From: an uncultured Gemmatimonadales bacterium
GTDB lineage: Bacteria; Gemmatimonadota; Gemmatimonadetes; Gemmatimonadales; GWC2-71-9
DNA length: 64,000 nucleotides
Assembly: GCA_963751925.1 (NCBI GenBank)
Contig: CAVVWJ010000002.1
Coordinates: 1,510,560 to 1,574,559 of the forward strand
Direction of reading: 5' to 3'
In this document: positions 47,503 to 56,761 of the stretch, piece after piece
Layout: each line of letters opens with the position of its first letter
Position numbering within the stretch: the first letter of the stretch is position 1
Program-made: the position numbers and the translations under genes
Notes under the pieces: model-generated
What the model was told of the DNA's origin: nothing
The model's database searches: none
Seen by the model: only the letters and a program-made list of their open reading frames with translations

Positions 47503-50301
47503 ATGTCCCAATCAGTCATACGGATCGTCAATGCCCGGCAGAACAATCTGCAGGGAATCACGGTCGACCTCCCCCACCGCTCGCTGATCGTGGTGACCGG
47601 TCCGTCCGGCTCCGGTAAGAGCACCCTGGCGTTCGACACGCTGTACGCCGAGGGGCAACGTCGGTACATCGAGTCGCTCTCCACCTACGCCAAGCAGTTT
47701 CTCGATCGGATGCCGAAACCGCTGGTGGATCGTCTGGAGGGTCTGGCTCCCGCGGTAGCCATCGAGCAGCGAAACCCGGTGATGTCGAGCCGCTCCACCG
47801 TGGGAACCGCAACCGAGGTCTACGACTATCTCCGGCTGCTGTGGGCCCGCATCGGAAAGTGCTACTGCCGGCTCTGCGGTGGTCCGGTCCGTCGGGACAC
47901 TCCGGAGGCCGCAGCCGAGGACGTGCTCTCAAAGGCAAGCGGCCGCATCCAGGTCTGCTTCCCGCTCCCGCCGGTCGCGCGTTTGACCCATGAGGCGGTG
48001 GTCGAGAACCTCAGGGCTCTTGGATTCGTGCGGGTTCTTGCTGACGGGACTCCCACGCATTTGGACGAGCTGCCGCCCAGGCTGGACCTCACCCGCGTGG
48101 ACGAGCTCCTCGTGGTGGTGGATCGATTCACCCGAGAGTCGGTAACCGTCAACCGGCTCTGTGAGGCTACCGCCACCGCGTTCCAGGAGGGTGAAGGGAT
48201 CGCCGTAGTTCTGCACGCCGAGCGTATGCGCTTCACCGAGTTCCCGGCCTGTAGCAGCTGTGACACGCCGGGGGCGACTGTCACCCCCGCCCTCTTTTCC
48301 TTCAACAATCCCCGTGGTGCCTGCTCCAACTGCAACGGCTTTGGAGCTGTGCTGGAGTACGATGAATCTCTGATCGTTTGCGACCCAGGAAAGAGCCTGG
48401 TCCAGGGGGCGATCGATCCCTGGACCAAACCACGGTACGAGTCCCGGCGGCGGATCCTCCTCGAATTCGCCAAGTCCATCGGTGCCGATCCTCGTAAGCC
48501 CTGGAGTCAGCTCAAGGCCAGCCATCGGCGCGAGCTGCTTTACGGCAAGAAGGGGCGTTTCACGGGGATCTTTCCCTTCCTCAAGGGTCTCGAGGAGAAG
48601 CGCTATAAGCAATACATCCGCGTGTTCCTGCGGCAGTACCAACTCGCCAAGACGTGTGCCGAATGCGGCGGGAGCCGGCTCAACCAGGACGCACTTTCGG
48701 TCCGGATCGGTGTCGACTCGATCAGCTCAGTTGCCGGTCGCTCCGTGGACGGCGTCTATCAATGGCTACACCAGCTCTCCCTGAGCCCATGGGAGCAGGA
48801 GGTGGCGCACCTCATCCTGGACCAGCTCGACGCGCGACTGAGCTTCCTCCGCGATGTCGGGCTGGGATATCTGACCTTCGATCGCCAGTCCAGGACCCTC
48901 TCCGGCGGCGAAGCGCAGCGAATCTCCCTCTCCAATGCGCTCGGCTCCCATCTGGTAGATACGCTGTACGTGCTGGATGAGCCTTCGGTCGGCCTGCACG
49001 CGCGCGATACCGATCGTCTGCTAGGCTTGCTCCGCCGGCTGCGGGATGCCGGGAACACCGTCGTCGTGGTGGAGCACGACCTTGCAGCCATCCGGCAGGC
49101 CGATTTCATGCTGGAGCTTGGCCCCGGGTCGGGCGAGCACGGCGGAAGAGTGGTACACGCGGGTCCAGTGTCAGGCGCACGGACATCGCTGACCGGCCAG
49201 TATCTCACGGGTCAGAAGCGGGTGGCGGTGCCAAGCATCCGCCGGCCGGCTGGTCCGCAGTGGTTGAAGGTCCGGGGAGCGTCCCTGCACAACGTGCATG
49301 GTGCCGACCTGGATATTCCGTTGGGTACCCTCACGGCTGTGACCGGGGTGTCGGGATCGGGCAAGAGCACGCTCTTTCACGACGTGATCTACCGCCAGCT
49401 CGAGGCGAAGCTGCGTGGCGAACATTCCGCCAAGTCTCACCTGGGAGAAGCGGTAGGCCAGGTGGAATCGATCACTGGCTGGGAGCTGCTCCAGGATGTC
49501 CTTCTGGTGGACCAGTCTCCCATCGGCCGGTCACCCCGGTCGAACCCGGTCACCTACATCAAGGGGTTCAGTGAAATTCGCGAGCTGTTCGCCGCCCAGC
49601 CGCTCGCCCGGCAGCGCAAGTACACGGCAGCAACTTTCTCTTTTAATCTGCCCGGCGGGCGATGTGAGACATGTGAAGGCGCGGGGCACGTCCAGGTGGA
49701 AATGGTTTTTCTGGCCGACGTCTTCGTTGCCTGTGAAAGCTGCGGTGGGACCCGCTACCGGCCGGACGTACTCGATGTTCGAATCCAGGGCAAATCCATT
49801 CACGATGTACTGCAGTGGACCGTGGACGAAGCCATCAACCGGTTCCGCCATCAGCCCAAGCTTGGCAGCGCGCTCTGGCAGCTGCAGCAGGTTGGGTTAG
49901 GCTACCTCCGCCTGGGCCAACCAGCCACGACGCTCTCAGGTGGTGAGGCCCAGCGGCTCAAGATCGCGCGCGAGCTGGCCCAGGCAGGAAAGCGTGAAGG
50001 CCGAAAGCTGTACATCCTGGACGAACCGACGACCGGATTGCACCTGGACGACGTGCGCGTGCTGATCCACGTGCTCGACCGATTGGTGGATGCCGGCCAT
50101 ACTGTGCTCGTCATCGAGCACCACCTCGATGTGATCAAGAGGGCTGACTGGGTTATCGATCTGGGTCCCGAGGCGGGTGACGCAGGTGGGCAGGTGGTGG
50201 CGCAGGGAACGCCCGAGGAGATCGCCGAGGTCTCCGCCTCACACACCGGCCGTTACCTCCAGCCGCTCCTCTCAGCCAGCGCCCCCGCTCTCGCGGGCTG
50301 A
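47503..50301 (+). CDS. uvrA: excinuclease ABC subunit A family protein (UvrA or UvrA paralogue)
   Basis: Two ABC modules (GPSGSGKSTLAFDT, GVSGSGKSTLFHD, two LSGGEAQR signatures) and zinc-module cysteines (CRLCGG, CSSC..CSNCNG, CAECGG, CETCEG..CESCGG). Confidence 0.85.
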   Translation: MSQSVIRIVNARQNNLQGITVDLPHRSLIVVTGPSGSGKSTLAFDTLYAEGQRRYIESLSTYAKQFLDRMPKPLVDRLEGLAPAVAIEQRNPVMSSRSTVGTATEVYDYLRLLWARIGKCYCRLCGGPVRRDTPEAAAEDVLSKASGRIQVCFPLPPVARLTHEAVVENLRALGFVRVLADGTPTHLDELPPRLDLTRVDELLVVVDRFTRESVTVNRLCEATATAFQEGEGIAVVLHAERMRFTEFPACSSCDTPGATVTPALFSFNNPRGACSNCNGFGAVLEYDESLIVCDPGKSLVQGAIDPWTKPRYESRRRILLEFAKSIGADPRKPWSQLKASHRRELLYGKKGRFTGIFPFLKGLEEKRYKQYIRVFLRQYQLAKTCAECGGSRLNQDALSVRIGVDSISSVAGRSVDGVYQWLHQLSLSPWEQEVAHLILDQLDARLSFLRDVGLGYLTFDRQSRTLSGGEAQRISLSNALGSHLVDTLYVLDEPSVGLHARDTDRLLGLLRRLRDAGNTVVVVEHDLAAIRQADFMLELGPGSGEHGGRVVHAGPVSGARTSLTGQYLTGQKRVAVPSIRRPAGPQWLKVRGASLHNVHGADLDIPLGTLTAVTGVSGSGKSTLFHDVIYRQLEAKLRGEHSAKSHLGEAVGQVESITGWELLQDVLLVDQSPIGRSPRSNPVTYIKGFSEIRELFAAQPLARQRKYTAATFSFNLPGGRCETCEGAGHVQVEMVFLADVFVACESCGGTRYRPDVLDVRIQGKSIHDVLQWTVDEAINRFRHQPKLGSALWQLQQVGLGYLRLGQPATTLSGGEAQRLKIARELAQAGKREGRKLYILDEPTTGLHLDDVRVLIHVLDRLVDAGHTVLVIEHHLDVIKRADWVIDLGPEAGDAGGQVVAQGTPEEIAEVSASHTGRYLQPLLSASAPALAG

Positions 50302-50304
50302 CCC

Positions 50305-51750
50305 TCACGCACTGCGAGGCCCCAAGCCTCCAGCCCCTAGCATTTCTGCGCTCTGCTGGATCAAACGCCAGGCCTCCTCAACGTTCACCAACTCTGTCTG
50401 ACGCTGCCCCACAGCCATTCGGATGACATACTGACCGGCCAGCCTGGTATGAGTGAGATGCACGCGCCGGCTCGCGTTAACCCGGCGCAGCAGCTCGGCA
50501 TTCAGGTCATCGAGCGTTCGGGCGTCTGCTCCCGGCGGATGAAAACGAAAGCACACCAGCCCGAACGAAACCGGCGCCATGATCTCGAAGTCGGCGCGCT
50601 GCCTGATCCAGGCCTCGAGCTTTTGGGCAAAGCCAACGTGAGTACGTATCAGCTCGCGAAGACCATCCACGCCGTAGCTCCGGATCACAAACCAAAGCTT
50701 CAGCGCTCGGAACCGGCGGCCCAGCTGGATTCCCCAGTCACGGAAGTTGACGACGTCCGGGTCGGCCGCCGTGCGGAGATACTCGGGTGTGACCTGAAAC
50801 GAACGCACCAGGGTATCCTCGTCTCGCACGAAGTACGCACTGCAATCGAAGTTGACGAGAAGCCACTTGTGCGGGTTGAACACAAAGCTGTCTGCCCGCT
50901 CCACCCCGTCGAACAGGTGCCGCAGCTCCGGAACGATGGCTGCCGATCCCGCATACGACGCATCGACGTGGAGCCAAATGCCATATCTCTGACAAATCTC
51001 GGCCATCGCCGTTAGCGGGTCGATCGCACCGGAGGAGGTACTCCCCACCGTCGCTACCACGCAGGCGGGGACCAGGCCGGCTTTGAGATCGGCCGCGATC
51101 TGCTGCTCCAGTGCCTCGGGACGCAGGGCATACTTGTCGTCCACCGGAACGCGCCGGAGCTGGTCCAGGCCGTAACCGGCGAGCTTGACTCCCTTGTCGA
51201 CCGACGAGTGCGCTTCGGTGGAGGCATACACCGTCAGCGGAGCGGCGACCGCAGCCATGCCACGCGAGCCCGCGGTGAACGATGTGGCCCGCTCCCGGGC
51301 CGAGAGCAGCGCCACCAGCGTAGCCGTTGATGCGGTATCCTGGATGACACCGACGAAGCCTTCGGGAAGGTCGAGCATACGCCGGAGCCAGTCCATCGTC
51401 ACCTGCTCCAGCTCGGTTGCCGCCGGAGACGTCGCCCACGACATGCATTGGGCCCCGAGGGTCGCGGTCAACATTTCGGCCAGGACCGATGGTGGGCTGT
51501 TGTTCGCCGGGAAGTACCCAAACCAGCCCGGGTGGTTCCAATGCGTCATTCCCGGCAGAATTACGTTGCTGAAGTCGGCAAAGATGTGCTCGAATGGCTC
51601 GCCTTTCGTCGGCGGATTAACTGGAAGGCGTCTTCGGATATCGCCTGGCTGGACATCCGGCGTCACCGGCAGCCGGCCAACATCCCGGAAGTAATCCGCC
51701 ATCCAGTCTACCAGCTGGTGGGCTTGGCGCCGGAATTCATCGGGATTCAT
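50305..51750 (-). CDS. group II PLP-dependent aromatic-L-amino-acid decarboxylase-like enzyme
   Basis: MNPDEFRRQAHQLVDWMADYF N-terminus, HWNHPGWFGYFP, and NPHKWLLVNFDCSAYFV (PLP lysine motif). ATG 51750 is preferred over the ORF-track start. Confidence 0.85.
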   Translation of the reverse strand: MNPDEFRRQAHQLVDWMADYFRDVGRLPVTPDVQPGDIRRRLPVNPPTKGEPFEHIFADFSNVILPGMTHWNHPGWFGYFPANNSPPSVLAEMLTATLGAQCMSWATSPAATELEQVTMDWLRRMLDLPEGFVGVIQDTASTATLVALLSARERATSFTAGSRGMAAVAAPLTVYASTEAHSSVDKGVKLAGYGLDQLRRVPVDDKYALRPEALEQQIAADLKAGLVPACVVATVGSTSSGAIDPLTAMAEICQRYGIWLHVDASYAGSAAIVPELRHLFDGVERADSFVFNPHKWLLVNFDCSAYFVRDEDTLVRSFQVTPEYLRTAADPDVVNFRDWGIQLGRRFRALKLWFVIRSYGVDGLRELIRTHVGFAQKLEAWIRQRADFEIMAPVSFGLVCFRFHPPGADARTLDDLNAELLRRVNASRRVHLTHTRLAGQYVIRMAVGQRQTELVNVEEAWRLIQQSAEMLGAGGLGPRSA

Positions 51751-51829
51751 AGCAGAGAAGATGCTATCAGCCACGGCTTCAAGGCCATGGCAAGTGGTTA
51801 CCCCGACAGCCTCGTCACGAAAGGTTGCC

Positions 51830-52699
51830 ATGCCGCGGAGCGGACTCGGATGGATGGTCCTGGCTCAGTTCTTCTTTGCCGGAATGAACGTCTTCACCCG
51901 GCTCAGCGCGCGACACCTTCCCTGGTCTGAAATTGCGGCAGCGAGGTTTCTGGTAGGCGCGGCGATGGCGCTGGCCATCTCATGGTATCGGGGAAGCTCA
52001 CTTCGAATCACAGATCGAAGAGGCACCTGGCGCCGGAGTGTATTCGGCACCATGGCGGCCGTCTGCACCTTCTACGCCCTTTCATCCAACCGCATCGCGC
52101 TCGGTGACGCTGCCACCCTCGGCGCGACCGCGCCGATCTTCGTTGCGGTCCTCTCGGCACGGCTCCTCGGTGAGCCGGTCGGCACCCGAGTCGGGGTGGC
52201 GGTGGCCCTCGGCTTTGCCGGTGTCGTCGCTGTGGTGCGCCCGTCGTTCGATATTGCAGTCACCGTTGCCGTGATTGCCACGGTGGGAGCAGCCTTCTAC
52301 GCCCTGGCAATGATCTGGTTGCGCAAGATCGGGCCGGGGGAGACCCACGAAGCAGTCGTGCTGCATTTCTCGCTGGTCGCGCTGGCGACGATGCTCGCGT
52401 TCGCCTTTCCAGTCTGGCGATGGCCCGACGGCCGGAGCGGGATGTACCTGCTCGGGGTCGGATTGGGCGGCGGGGGTGCGCAGATCGCCATGACCAGAGC
52501 CTATTCCTTGCATCGCGCGGCCCCCATAAGCGCGCTCTCCGGACTCGGCATCGTTCTGACGTATCTCCTGGCGATTCCAACCTTTGGGGATCAGCCCACC
52601 CGCTGGCAGATCGTCGGCTCGCTCCTGGTCATCACTGCCAGCGTCCTTCTTTCCGTCGGTCGTGAGCCGGCGCATTCACCGGCCCGCCCGGCGCTCTGA
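51830..52699 (+). CDS. EamA/DMT family transporter
   Basis: Ten hydrophobic segments in two EamA halves. Divergent from the decarboxylase. Confidence 0.75.
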   Translation: MPRSGLGWMVLAQFFFAGMNVFTRLSARHLPWSEIAAARFLVGAAMALAISWYRGSSLRITDRRGTWRRSVFGTMAAVCTFYALSSNRIALGDAATLGATAPIFVAVLSARLLGEPVGTRVGVAVALGFAGVVAVVRPSFDIAVTVAVIATVGAAFYALAMIWLRKIGPGETHEAVVLHFSLVALATMLAFAFPVWRWPDGRSGMYLLGVGLGGGGAQIAMTRAYSLHRAAPISALSGLGIVLTYLLAIPTFGDQPTRWQIVGSLLVITASVLLSVGREPAHSPARPAL

Positions 52700-52717
52700 C
52701 GCGTTTATGTTCAGCGT

Positions 52718-53380
52718 ATGGCACTGCCCGACGTACTGACCGCCCGAGTGCGCCCCAGCGGCTTGTGTTTCGAGCCGGAAGATGCCTGCTCTCATCTTAG
52801 CCAGGCCGATACGAAACTCGCCGGGCTGATCGAGCGGGTAGGGGATTTTACCTTGCGGCCCGAGCCTACTCAGAGCCTCTTCGCCGCCCTGGTGCGGTCC
52901 ATCGTTTATCAGCAGCTCAGCGGCCGCGCGGCATCGACCATCCTCGGCCGTGTTGTCAAACTCTTCGCACCCAAGCGGTTTCCCACTCCTCGTGATCTCC
53001 TGGAGATCGAGCCAGAGCGCCTGCGCGCCGCCGGGCTATCCGCGGCCAAGACCGCGGCGCTCCGAGACCTCGCCACCCGCACCCTCGATGGGACTATTCC
53101 TTCCCTGGCCCAGGTCCGGCGACTCGATGACGAAGAGATCATCGAGCGTCTGATCACGGTCCGGGGTATCGGCCGGTGGACGGCCGAGATGCTGCTCATG
53201 TTCCGGCTGGGTCGTCCCGACGTTCTGCCTCTCGGGGATCTCGGGATCCGGAAAGGCTACGCGGTCACATTCGGCAGCCGAAAGCTCCCGGACCCGGAGG
53301 TCATTGCCCGGCGAGCAGAGCGCTGGCGGCCGTACCGCAGCGTGGCAAGCTGGTATCTCTGGCGCGCACTCGAGCTATAG
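52718..53380 (+). CDS. HhH-GPD DNA glycosylase (AlkA-like 3-methyladenine glycosylase II)
   Basis: The helix-hairpin-helix VRGIGRWTAEMLL followed by a catalytic Asp context (PLGDLGIRKG). Confidence 0.8.
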   Translation: MALPDVLTARVRPSGLCFEPEDACSHLSQADTKLAGLIERVGDFTLRPEPTQSLFAALVRSIVYQQLSGRAASTILGRVVKLFAPKRFPTPRDLLEIEPERLRAAGLSAAKTAALRDLATRTLDGTIPSLAQVRRLDDEEIIERLITVRGIGRWTAEMLLMFRLGRPDVLPLGDLGIRKGYAVTFGSRKLPDPEVIARRAERWRPYRSVASWYLWRALEL

Positions 53381-53398
53381 CCCCAGCGAGGTGTTCCG

Positions 53399-53905
53399 AT
53401 GGATATGAGCCCACCAGGTTCGAGCCATGTGCCCAGTGCGCGGGCAATCGAGATCGTGCAGGAGCGGTTACAGCGGATGGGATTCATGCTGAGTGAGCCA
53501 GCCGCTCGCAGCATGCTCGAAGCGGTGCTCGCCCTCGAGATCCCGCGATTCGAAATTCAGACACGGGGGACCGCCCAGAGCGCGCTCGAGCAGATCCGGC
53601 AGACGGCGCAAGCGGCGTTGTTGGCGCTGGCCCGGCCTCCCGCCGAGCCAGTCGCGCCAGCACCCCGGCCGATGCTTCCGCCGAGCGATGCCCGGGAAGC
53701 GGTGCGCGCCCGGGTCGCGGTTGACCCGGATCAGGCTGCACGTCAGCCCCGCCCGCCTGAGCCTCCCAGAGTCGAGCCCAGGCCAATCTCGACTCGCCGC
53801 CCCAACGATGAGCCCCAGGCGCCGCCACGACTCGAGCCCAGCGCCCGTCCCAGACCAGATGATGACGAGCCACGGCCGGTCTTCAAGCGGCCGCGAGGCC
53901 GGTGA
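53399..53905 (+). CDS. hypothetical protein, helical N-terminus and Pro/Arg-rich disordered tail
   Basis: 168-aa ORF. Its stop overlaps the GTG of the ATP-grasp gene (GTGA). Confidence 0.5.
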   Translation: MDMSPPGSSHVPSARAIEIVQERLQRMGFMLSEPAARSMLEAVLALEIPRFEIQTRGTAQSALEQIRQTAQAALLALARPPAEPVAPAPRPMLPPSDAREAVRARVAVDPDQAARQPRPPEPPRVEPRPISTRRPNDEPQAPPRLEPSARPRPDDDEPRPVFKRPRGR

Positions 53906-55089
53906 GATCTCTAGCGAACTTACCGAAACGCCTGGCGAAGAATGGTGTGCGACGCGTGCGCTGGGCCTGGGAGACCTGGGACGCGGCTCGGACGGTTGCC
54001 TCTGAGCACGGGCTCAGTACCCTTGGAGTTCTCCGGGATCAGGCGCTACTCTATCGACGCCATGCTCTCGATCAATACGCCTACTATTGGTACGGTCTGT
54101 TCGACCCCCGCATCACCGAAGAAGAGAAGACCCGATACCTCCCGGACAGCGTCGAGGCCAACCCACGCCTCTGGAATCTGCTGACCCCCGAGCGTTACCG
54201 CTGTCTCTACGATAACAAGCTCGTCTTCAATCGATTCTTTGGCTCGGCCGGGCTCCCGGTCGCCAGAGTTCTGGGCGTGTACGATCCCAGACTGGGATAC
54301 ACCAGTGATGGCCGGCGTCTCCGAAGTGCTGCCGAGCTCGAGGCCTGCCTGGTGGAGAGCGGCGGGAATGGCTTCGTGCTGAAGCCGCTCGAAGGGATCC
54401 AGGGCCATGGCATCCTTGTTTTCGAGGGTCCCGACCCAGAGTCGCGGGGAACCTTCCTCACCCTCGCTGGTGAGCGGTACGATGCCGCCAGTCTGGTGGC
54501 GTTCACAGAGAAGACCACCGCAATCGTGGAGCACAATCCCGGGGCCAACCCTCTGCCGTTTCTCCTCGAGGAGCGGATTCGACCACATCCAGCTCTCGGC
54601 AGCTTCCTGGGACCGACCCTGTGCTCGATACGAGTGCAGACAATCATCGCGAGGGATAGCTCGCCCAGGATCATCGCGGCCGTCTTCAAGCTTCAGCCCG
54701 GCACCGCGGGAGTGGATCAGCTGATTCACGGTGCAGTGGGATGCTGGGTGGACCTCGACGCCGGTACCCTGGGGCCAGGCCGCACGCGATCGAGTCGAGC
54801 TAGCACCTCCGTGATTCCGGGCACCGACAGGCCCTTTGTCGGATTTCAGCTTCCTGATTGGCCGGCCGCGAAAGAGCTGGCGCTGCGCGCGGCTGCGGCC
54901 TTCCCGTGGGCTCGATCGATCGGGTGGGACATCGGCCTGTCGGACCGCGGGCCCATCCTCATCGAGGGAAACGAGCGCTGGTCGCCATCACTGATTCAAA
55001 TGCCGGCAGGACGCGGGCTGCTCACCGGGGAGTTCAAAGCCTTGTGTGAAGATCTGGAAAGGAATCGCTCGACGGAGGTACGCGCATGA
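53902..55089 (+). CDS. ATP-grasp family protein (sugar-transfer-associated ATP-grasp type)
   Basis: YDNKLVFNRFFGSAGLPVARV, GFVLKPLEGIQGHGILVF, EERIRPHP..IRVQT, and a C-terminal GWDIGLSDRGPILIEGN. The order of motifs fits an ATP-grasp fold. Confidence 0.65.
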   Translation: MRSLANLPKRLAKNGVRRVRWAWETWDAARTVASEHGLSTLGVLRDQALLYRRHALDQYAYYWYGLFDPRITEEEKTRYLPDSVEANPRLWNLLTPERYRCLYDNKLVFNRFFGSAGLPVARVLGVYDPRLGYTSDGRRLRSAAELEACLVESGGNGFVLKPLEGIQGHGILVFEGPDPESRGTFLTLAGERYDAASLVAFTEKTTAIVEHNPGANPLPFLLEERIRPHPALGSFLGPTLCSIRVQTIIARDSSPRIIAAVFKLQPGTAGVDQLIHGAVGCWVDLDAGTLGPGRTRSSRASTSVIPGTDRPFVGFQLPDWPAAKELALRAAAAFPWARSIGWDIGLSDRGPILIEGNERWSPSLIQMPAGRGLLTGEFKALCEDLERNRSTEVRA

Positions 55090-56435
55090 CCGTTCAAGCG
55101 ATCGCGGCAGTGACGCAGGAGGAAGAGCGCTATTGCCAGCGCACGCCGGCATCTTACCGCTTCTTCCAGCAGGCGCGGCAATATCTGCCGGGAGGCGATT
55201 CCCGCAGCACCTTGTTCTATCGACCGTATCCTGCCGTTATGGATCGTGGCGAGGGTTGCTGGTTGTTCGACCTGGATGGCAACCGCCTGCTCGATTTCAC
55301 CGGAAATCACTCTTCCCTCATTCACGGCTACGGACACCCCGCAATTATCGAGGCAGTCGAAGAGCAGCTTCGAAAAGGGACCTGCTTTCCAGGAGCCAGC
55401 GAGGCGCAACTCCGTTTCGCGGAGCTACTGTGTCAGCGCATCCCCTCGGTGGAACGGATCCGGTTCGCGAGCTCCGGGACCGAGGCCGTCATGAACGCCA
55501 TCCGGGCAGCCCGGGCGTTCACCGGTCGAAGCAGGATAGCCAAGGTCGAAGGCGGATATCATGGAACCGCCGACGAGGTCATGGTCAGCATTCATCCCAC
55601 AGCCCAGGATGCCGGCCTCCGGAACAGACCTCACGCTGTCGCAGGGTCCAGCGGACTCGCCCCTGCTGCGCTGAACGAAACCTTGGTACTGCCCTTCAAT
55701 GATCCGGACGGCGCTGTCCGGCTGATTGAATCCGAGCGCGACAATCTGGCGGCAGTGCTGGTCGAGCCGGTACTCGGCTCGGCCGGGATGATCGCTTCGA
55801 AGCCGGAGTACCTCGCAGCTCTCCGGGAGGCGACCAGCCGCTTCGGGATTCTCCTGATCTTCGATGAGGTGGTCAGCTTTCGCATCGCCTTCGGCGGTGC
55901 CGAGGAGTACTTCGGTGTGCGCCCCGACCTCACCTGCCTGGGGAAGCTCATCGGTGGCGGTTTTCCGCTGGGCGCATTTGGCGGGCGGGAAGACGTGATG
56001 ACGCTGTTCGATCCTTCACGCGGGCGGCCCGCTATCCCCCATCCTGGCAGCTACAATGCAAACCCAGTCGGGATGGTGGCAGGCACGATCACGCTCGAAC
56101 TGCTGACTCGATCCGCGATCGAAAGACTCAATACCTTGGGCGATGCGGTGCGGCAGGCCCTCGAGAACGCCTTCGAGGACGCCGGCGTACCGGCGCAAAT
56201 CACCGGCCTCGGTTCACTTTTCGCCATTCATCTGACCAGCCAGGGAGTCGCCAGCTATCGCGACACTTTGGCTGCGAATAGCGACCTTCGACACCAGATA
56301 TTCCTCGGTCTGTACAACGACGGCATCCTCATCGATCCGAGAGGAGTAGGAACGCTGTCGACGGCACTGGGGCAACCCGAGATCGAGGCATTCGGGCGGG
56401 GCATTCGGGCAGTCCTCTCCCGCTTGCGATCCTAG
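55086..56435 (+). CDS. class III aminotransferase, glutamate-1-semialdehyde aminomutase (HemL)-like paralogue
   Basis: SGTEAVMNAIRAARAFTGR, FDEVVSFR, and LGKLIGGGFPLGAFGG (PLP lysine context as in HemL). ATGA overlap with the ATP-grasp gene. Confidence 0.8.
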   Translation: MTVQAIAAVTQEEERYCQRTPASYRFFQQARQYLPGGDSRSTLFYRPYPAVMDRGEGCWLFDLDGNRLLDFTGNHSSLIHGYGHPAIIEAVEEQLRKGTCFPGASEAQLRFAELLCQRIPSVERIRFASSGTEAVMNAIRAARAFTGRSRIAKVEGGYHGTADEVMVSIHPTAQDAGLRNRPHAVAGSSGLAPAALNETLVLPFNDPDGAVRLIESERDNLAAVLVEPVLGSAGMIASKPEYLAALREATSRFGILLIFDEVVSFRIAFGGAEEYFGVRPDLTCLGKLIGGGFPLGAFGGREDVMTLFDPSRGRPAIPHPGSYNANPVGMVAGTITLELLTRSAIERLNTLGDAVRQALENAFEDAGVPAQITGLGSLFAIHLTSQGVASYRDTLAANSDLRHQIFLGLYNDGILIDPRGVGTLSTALGQPEIEAFGRGIRAVLSRLRS

Positions 56436-56495
56436 GGGGCTTCGGCTTCTTTTCGGGAGCAGTCTAGTCCCACTAAACGCTCAGGAGATAGCAGC

Positions 56496-56738
56496 ATGTC
56501 GGCTAAGTCACCCAGAGACAAAAACCAGGCAAACAACCAGCCTTCCAATACGATCAAGGATCCCGACGATTGGACCACCGGAGAAGAGCCGATGACGGGT
56601 GCGCAGGAGTCTTATCTGCAGACGCTCGCGAGCGAAGCCGGTGAAGAGGTCGAGCCCAACCTCACCAAGGCCGAGGCATCCAAGCGGATTGACGAGCTAC
56701 AGCAGAAGACCGGCCGAGGCGAGAGCACCAAGCGTTAA
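56496..56738 (+). CDS. DUF3072 family small protein
   Basis: The DPDDWTTGEEPMTGAQESYLQTLA...LTKAEASKRIDELQ pattern. AGGAGA Shine-Dalgarno upstream. Confidence 0.7.
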   Translation: MSAKSPRDKNQANNQPSNTIKDPDDWTTGEEPMTGAQESYLQTLASEAGEEVEPNLTKAEASKRIDELQQKTGRGESTKR

Positions 56739-56761
56739 GTAATGGAGAGCGGCGGCCGACC

